Shown: in pieces, positions 27,548 to 32,000 of the stretch
How the letters are laid out: each line of letters starts with the position of its first letter
Numbering within the stretch: position 1 is the stretch's first letter
NCBI RefSeq assembly: GCF_000008665.1
Contig: NC_000917.1
Span: 1,620,001 to 1,652,000, forward strand
Reading direction: 5' to 3'
DNA from: Archaeoglobus fulgidus DSM 4304
Lineage (GTDB): Archaea > Halobacteriota > Archaeoglobi > Archaeoglobales > Archaeoglobaceae
Length of the DNA stretch: 32,000 nt
The notes under the pieces: generated by a model
The model's database searches: none
Seen by the model: only the letters and a program-made list of their open reading frames with translations
What the model was told of the DNA's origin: nothing
Program-made: the position numbers and the translations under genes

Positions 27548-28117
27548 TTAGCCAATTTTTTCCATAATTATTTCGAAGGCCCTCTTCTCCCTCTCGCTCC
27601 CGCACTTCTGTACAATCTCTCTGTAGTAGTGAATCCTTTCGAGCAGCTCCTTTCTCCTCTCATCGCTCTTGATTGCCACGTATCTTGTGGCATGAACTAA
27701 AGCCTCTATTACCGCGCTCAGCCCCCTGTTGATTGCCCTCACCCTTTTCTCAATAATCTCTCCATCGGTCAGTTTGAGGTGCGCCACACCACTCCTCATC
27801 TCCGCCTCAAACCTGCACCACGCCATTGCGCCCTTGATGATAGGGGGGTTGGGGGATGCGTACCAATCATCGTTTAGATTTCCGAAGGAGGAGACTGCAA
27901 AAACCAAAGCGTCATCGGTTACGTTGGCAAACAAAACTCCACTCCTTTCGAGATTTGCTCTAGTTCTGTTTCTGTATAGCTTTGCTTTAGCCGTATCAGA
28001 GCTGGAATCTTCAACGATAATGCCAATGGGTGCTGCATTCCAGCTACCATCCTCGTTTTCGGTGATGGCTATAATTTCGTTAATCCCATCCGTGAATCCA
28101 AAATCAGCAAGCCTCAT
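27548..28117 (-). CDS. DUF447 family (FMN-binding split-barrel-like) protein
   Basis: MRLADFGFTDGINEIIAITENEDGSWNAAPIGIIVEDSSSDTAKAKLYRNRTRANLERSGVLFANVTDDALVFAVSSFG, with two-domain architecture typical of DUF447. Confidence 0.8.
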   Translation of the reverse strand: MRLADFGFTDGINEIIAITENEDGSWNAAPIGIIVEDSSSDTAKAKLYRNRTRANLERSGVLFANVTDDALVFAVSSFGNLNDDWYASPNPPIIKGAMAWCRFEAEMRSGVAHLKLTDGEIIEKRVRAINRGLSAVIEALVHATRYVAIKSDERRKELLERIHYYREIVQKCGSEREKRAFEIIMEKIG

Positions 28118-28965
28118 ATTCTCCAGCCCTCCGCAAGCGCTAAGAAGATGGACGAGGCCGTTAAGTCGGCTATGGTCCCGGGGTTTGCACCATCCTTTAG
28201 CAGCTTTTCATCAAGCTCTTTTCTTTCTTCTTCTGTTCTCGCTTTTTCAGCCCACTCGGTAATCTTCTCCGCATACTCTCTGCCCATCTTGGCAATCACG
28301 AGCGGGTCTGGAAACTTGGAAAGGAGATGGTAGTAAAGCTCAACGACCGCCTTTCCAGAATTTCCGAAGCTTAAAAGGAACTTTGCCCCCTCAATACTGA
28401 TTTTAAAGCCATCAACTAGCTCTCTGGCTATCAGGTTCTCCTCGGGAGCCATCTTCATCCACTCGTAGAGATTTATTTTTTTCTGCGCAATTTCTTCTTC
28501 GGTTTTTCTGTCCTTCAAATTAAGCTCTCCGGCCTCAACAACTCTCGCATTGCTGAGCCTGAAAGCCTCGAGAACGCTTAAGCTGTCCCTGAAGTCCGTT
28601 CTTCTGAGCCTGTTTCTTGCAGCTTCGGCTATATCAACCATACCGCCTGCGTCCCATGAAGAGATGAGGGGAACAAGGAGCAGGAAGGCGCCGAAGTGAA
28701 CGTTCTCAGCCCTGTGCCACCTCATGCTCTCCTTCACAGCTCTCAGCACACCTTCTCCAATTATCCTTTTCTCCGCAACTTCCAGAAAAGCTGGAAATGC
28801 TCCTGCAGCGGAGGCGAGGAAGTGCTCGAATTTAAGGTCGTCAAAGTCGTGCTCCCTGTCAACATTGCCCGCCTTGGGATTTCCGGAAACCTCAAGCAGC
28901 AGGGAGAGGCAGCCAGCAACTGCGGCATCGCTGGGAGTTTTGAGCATATCTTTTGTTTTTATCAC
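28114..28965 (-). CDS. triphosphoribosyl-dephospho-CoA synthase-like protein (CitG/MdcB, COG1767-type)
   Basis: SLLLEVSGNPKAGNVDREHDFDDLKFEHFLASAAGAF and NVHFGAFLLLVPLISSWD correspond to conserved CitG/MdcB motifs. Stop overlaps the DUF447 start by 4 bp. Confidence 0.78.
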   Translation of the reverse strand: MIKTKDMLKTPSDAAVAGCLSLLLEVSGNPKAGNVDREHDFDDLKFEHFLASAAGAFPAFLEVAEKRIIGEGVLRAVKESMRWHRAENVHFGAFLLLVPLISSWDAGGMVDIAEAARNRLRRTDFRDSLSVLEAFRLSNARVVEAGELNLKDRKTEEEIAQKKINLYEWMKMAPEENLIARELVDGFKISIEGAKFLLSFGNSGKAVVELYYHLLSKFPDPLVIAKMGREYAEKITEWAEKARTEEERKELDEKLLKDGANPGTIADLTASSIFLALAEGWRI

Positions 28966-29031
28966 TTTAAAAATTCTTTTCCGTGATGCAGAACTGAATG
29001 TGGTATCCCAAATTATATTTACACTTTCCCT

Positions 29032-29517
29032 TCAATCCCACCACCTCCTCACAAACCACATAACTCTCTCTGGAGGAAGCTTGTACCAGAACACATTGCA
29101 AGGTTCATCCCAGTCCAAACTTCTATGAGGCTTAATCTCATTATGCCATCTTACAACAGCATCAACTGAGCCAAACTTTCCAGCTCTTCTTTCAACCTCT
29201 CCAAAGAACCTCTCTATCTTCCCATTCGTTTGTGGATGGTTCACTCTCGCAAGAATGTGCCTTACTCCATTCTCGGCCAAAAACTCCCTGAATCTGTGCC
29301 TAGCCTTCTCTCTGCTTTTCGCTGCAACAAATTGGGTACCATGGTCTGTGAGGATTTCATCCGGAATGCCATACTCAGCGAATCCTTTCTTGAGCACCTT
29401 GATTGTGTTCTCAGTAGTAGCAGAGTCAAATACTCCATAGCAGGTGATGAAGCGGGAAGCATCGTCCATGAAAGCGATTATCCACTTCTCTCCAACCTCT
29501 TCCAGTCTCCCTGCCAT
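29032..29517 (-). CDS. transposase C-terminal DDE (rve) catalytic part, frame 2
   Basis: GEKWIIAFMDDASRFITCYGVFDSATTENTIKVLKKGFAEYGIPDEILTDHGTQFVAA...HILARVNHPQTNGKIERFFGEVERR. Overlaps ORF1 by 40 bp in a -1 frame. Confidence 0.88.
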   Translation of the reverse strand: MAGRLEEVGEKWIIAFMDDASRFITCYGVFDSATTENTIKVLKKGFAEYGIPDEILTDHGTQFVAAKSREKARHRFREFLAENGVRHILARVNHPQTNGKIERFFGEVERRAGKFGSVDAVVRWHNEIKPHRSLDWDEPCNVFWYKLPPERVMWFVRRWWD

Positions 29518-29918
29518 AAAGACATTGAGTGATCTCTTTCATAGCGAACCCACTTCCGCTGCTTTTTCTTCTTCATGTTCTCCTCCACCAAACCTTGGTT
29601 GAGTAAAACCTTGTAGATCGTGTTGTGGGGGATGTGAATGCAGTACTCTTCCTCTATTCTCTTTTCTAAGTGAACTGGACCGAGATTAAACCTTTTGTGT
29701 GCTTCCAGGATTATTCTTTCTGTTTCCTCGTCAATTTCCTTGGGTTTTCTTCCCGGTTTCTTCAGGAAGGGAATCTCACCAGTTTCTTTGAAGTGTTTGA
29801 TTATCTGATGGATTCTCTGCCTTGTCACCTGAAAGAACTCTGCTATCTTTGTTATCGGCTTTCCTTTCAGCCACTGTTTCACTATTCTGAGTATGTCCTT
29901 GTTTGTTAGCTTCCTCAC
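29478..29918 (-). CDS. transposase N-terminal part (HTH domain), frame 1
   Basis: MRKLTNKDILRIVKQWLKGKPITKIAEFFQVTRQRIHQIIKHFKETGEIPFLKKPGRKPKEI is an HTH typical of IS481/IS630-like transposases; it ends WQGDWKRLERSG*. Confidence 0.85.
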   Translation of the reverse strand: MRKLTNKDILRIVKQWLKGKPITKIAEFFQVTRQRIHQIIKHFKETGEIPFLKKPGRKPKEIDEETERIILEAHKRFNLGPVHLEKRIEEEYCIHIPHNTIYKVLLNQGLVEENMKKKKQRKWVRYERDHSMSLWQGDWKRLERSG

Positions 29919-29982
29919 GTGGCAATCTTGTTGGGGTGTGAAGTTATTTCGGGATACTACAAGATAAAAAGAACTTCAAAAA

Positions 29983-29991
29983 CTTTATATT
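29983..29991 (+). promoter_or_regulatory. putative TATA box for nadA
   Basis: ctttatatt about 25 nt upstream of ATG 30013. Confidence 0.5.
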
Positions 29992-30005
29992 CATCTCATC
30001 TCCAT

Positions 30006-30034
30006 CGAACATATGTTCGCCGAACAAATGTTCG
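30006..30034. promoter_or_regulatory. tandem palindromes (candidate operator) at the nadA start
   Basis: CGAACATATGTTCG (30006-30019, perfect 14-bp palindrome) + C + CGAACAAATGTTCG (30021-30034, one mismatch), with 15-bp periodicity. Confidence 0.45.
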
Positions 30035-30914
30035 ACATTGAAAGGCTGAAAAGGCAGAAGAATGCGGTCATTCTGGCGCACAACTACCAGATACTGCCAA
30101 TTCAGGGCGTTGCAGACTTCGTTGGAGATAGCTTGAACTATCAATGGCTGCAAAGGATGTTGATGCAGACATAATCCTTTTCTGCGGAGTTGACTTCATG
30201 GCGGAGACTGCAGCAATCCTGAATCCCGATAAGAAGGTGCTGATTCCCTCAACGGAAGCAATCTGCCCGATGGCAATGCAGATTGATGCGGAGATGGTGA
30301 AAAAGGCCAAGGAGAAGTACAATGCTCCCTTCGTTGCCTACGTAAACACCCACGCAGAGACAAAGGCCGTGGCGGATGTTTGTTGCACCTCTGCCAACGT
30401 GGCGAAGGTTGTGGAGAACCTTGATGCTGAAAGAGTTTTGCTTGGTCCTGACGCAAACCTTGCGTGGTATGCTGCCGAGAAAACAGGGAAGGAGGTTATA
30501 GCGGTCCCGCAATATGGAAACTGCTGTGTTCACCAGTCTTTCACCGCTAAGGATGTTCTGACAGCGAGGGAAAAGCATCCGGATGCCACCATAATAGTGC
30601 ATCCTGAGTGCAGACCTGAAGTGCAGAAGCTTGCTGATTTTGTGGGCTCTACAAGCCAGATGGTCAGATTTGTAGAGCAAAGCGATGCTGAGAAGGTGAT
30701 TATAGGAACGGAAATAGGTCTGATTGAGCGGTTGAGACAGCAGAGCGACAAAACCATTCTGCCCCTCAAAGAGAGTGTCTGCAGGGCGATGAAGCGGAAC
30801 ACGATGGATGGCGTTGTTAAAGCGCTCGTTGAGGAGAGAAATGTGGTTAGAGTGGATGAAAAAATTGCCGAGAAAGCGAGAAGGGCGATAGAGAGGATGT
30901 TTGAGCTATGTTAG
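30013..30914 (+). CDS. nadA: quinolinate synthase, with apparent 1-nt frameshift at about 30134-30136
   Basis: [41 protein letters not shown] (frame from 30013), then, shifted, (E)[38 protein letters not shown]...[11 protein letters not shown]...HPECRPEVQ. The track only reports 30144..30914. Confidence 0.93.
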
Positions 30915-31618
30915 TCGGCTTAATTGGATACGGGGCAATTGGAAAATTTCTGGCTGAGTGGCTTGAAAGGAACGGATTTGAGATTGCTGCCATTCTGGAT
31001 GTAAGGGGAGAGCACGAGAAGATGGTTAGAGGCATTGACGAGTTCCTCCAGAGGGAGATGGATGTGGCCGTTGAGGCTGCATCGCAGCAAGCTGTTAAGG
31101 ACTATGCGGAGAAAATTCTTAAGGCTGGCATAGACCTAATTGTTCTGAGCACCGGGGCCTTCGCTGACAGGGATTTTCTCAGCAGAGTCAGGGAAGTCTG
31201 CAGGAAAACGGGCAGGAGAGTTTACATAGCATCTGGGGCAATCGGTGGATTGGATGCCATTTTTTCAGCATCAGAGTTGATAGAGGAAATCGTTCTGACA
31301 ACAAGGAAGAATTGGAGGCAGTTTGGCAGAAAAGGTGTAATATTCGAAGGCTCTGCATCTGAGGCAGCTCAGAAATTCCCGAAAAACTTGAACGTTGCAG
31401 CGACGCTCAGCATTGCCTCAGGAAAAGACGTGAAGGTCAGGCTTGTAGCTGACGAGGTTGAGGAGAACATCCACGAAATTCTGGTGAGGGGAGAGTTTGG
31501 GGAGATGGAAATCAGAGTTAGGAACAGGCCAATGAGGGAAAATCCGAAGACGAGCTATCTTGCTGCCCTTTCTGTAACGAGAATTTTGAGAAATCTTAAG
31601 GAGGGATTGGTGGTTTGA
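30908..31618 (+). CDS. nadX: L-aspartate dehydrogenase
   Basis: [39 protein letters not shown] (Rossmann) and VYIASGAIGGLDAIFSA, located between nadA and nadC. Confidence 0.93.
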   Translation: MLVGLIGYGAIGKFLAEWLERNGFEIAAILDVRGEHEKMVRGIDEFLQREMDVAVEAASQQAVKDYAEKILKAGIDLIVLSTGAFADRDFLSRVREVCRKTGRRVYIASGAIGGLDAIFSASELIEEIVLTTRKNWRQFGRKGVIFEGSASEAAQKFPKNLNVAATLSIASGKDVKVRLVADEVEENIHEILVRGEFGEMEIRVRNRPMRENPKTSYLAALSVTRILRNLKEGLVV

Positions 31619-32000
31619 AGGCACTAATAAAGAAAAAGCTGCTGGAGTTTCTGGAGGAGGACATGCCTTACGGGGATGTGACGGCCATCCCTACAAAGGA
31701 TGTGGAGGCAGTTATCGTTTCAAAGGGCGAGGGAGTTTTGGCGGGGGTTGGGGTTGTTAAGATACTTTTCGACCTTGCAGAAATCGTTGTGATGGAGTCC
31801 AAGAAAGACGGGGAGCCAATAAAGCCCGGAGACGTGGTGATGAGGCTGAGGGGAAAATCTGACTCAATCCTTGCAACGGAGAGACTTGCAATCAACATTT
31901 TGATGAGAATGAGCGGGATTGCTACCGCAACAGCAAAAATGGTGGAGAGGGCAAGGAGAGTGAATCCCAAAGTTGTTGTTGCAGCAACGAGGAAAACAAC
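31615..32000 (+). CDS. nadC: nicotinate-nucleotide pyrophosphorylase (carboxylating), 5' part, truncated by window end
   Basis: TTG start at 31615 overlapping the nadX stop: LKALIKKKLLEFLEEDMPYGDVTAI...VSKGEGVLAGVGVVKILFDLAEI...ATERLAINILMRMSGIATATAKMVERAR. Open to the window end; not in the ORF track. Confidence 0.92.
   Translation, partial: MKALIKKKLLEFLEEDMPYGDVTAIPTKDVEAVIVSKGEGVLAGVGVVKILFDLAEIVVMESKKDGEPIKPGDVVMRLRGKSDSILATERLAINILMRMSGIATATAKMVERARRVNPKVVVAATRKT

Larger units (their letters stand above)
28999..29961 (-). mobile_element. insertion sequence (~963 bp), DDE rve-type transposase (IS481-like), with imperfect terminal inverted repeats
   Basis: Left end TGTGGTATCCCAAATTATA (28999-29017). 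Right end (29943-29961), reverse complemented, is TGTAGTATCCCGAAATAAC. The ends flank a two-frame transposase. No clear target duplication seen. Confidence 0.75.

Noticed and set aside
28962-28998. Target-site duplication for the insertion sequence
   Set aside because: Flanks just outside the inverted repeats (…cagaactgaa | agataaaaag…) show no convincing direct repeat, so I did not call one.
29478-29600. Programmed -1 ribosomal frameshift site in the transposase
   Set aside because: The A-rich stretch (aagaagaaaaag) is upstream of a TGA in the -1 frame, so slippage there would not reach the DDE domain. No canonical slippery heptamer was seen in the remaining overlap, so a simple indel is equally likely.

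Overview
This 32 kb window is archaeal. Gene order and gene content match an Archaeoglobus fulgidus-like genome; this is an inference from recognised families, no database was searched. From left to right it contains: the end of a Rio1-type kinase, a KH-domain protein and topoisomerase I; two small winged-helix regulators; a radical SAM protein with a probable N-terminal frameshift; a stand-alone PurH/IMP-cyclohydrolase-like protein; an ASCH-domain protein; a decayed, unannotated HEPN/MNT toxin-antitoxin-like pair on the minus strand; a TIP49/RuvB-like ATPase; a DUF1284-like protein; a class-III aminotransferase coupled to a divergent kinase-like protein; a TetR / CARDB-like secreted protein / ABC ATPase / FtsX-like permease export operon; a zinc-ribbon protein; and a PPP phosphatase. 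After that comes a complete F420H2:quinone oxidoreductase operon (fqoJKMLNA-BC-DHIF, with a nuoB-nuoC fusion and a frameshift inside fqoI), a DUF447 / COG1767 pair, an approximately 963 bp insertion sequence with a frameshifted transposase, and the NAD biosynthesis operon nadA-nadX-nadC, in which nadA has an apparent 1-nt frameshift. I found no clearly novel multi-gene system. The best second-look items are the HEPN/MNT relic, the tandem palindromes over the nadA start, the TetR-type palindrome over the tetR start, the kinase-like protein next to the aminotransferase, and the recurrent single-base frameshifts in otherwise intact genes.
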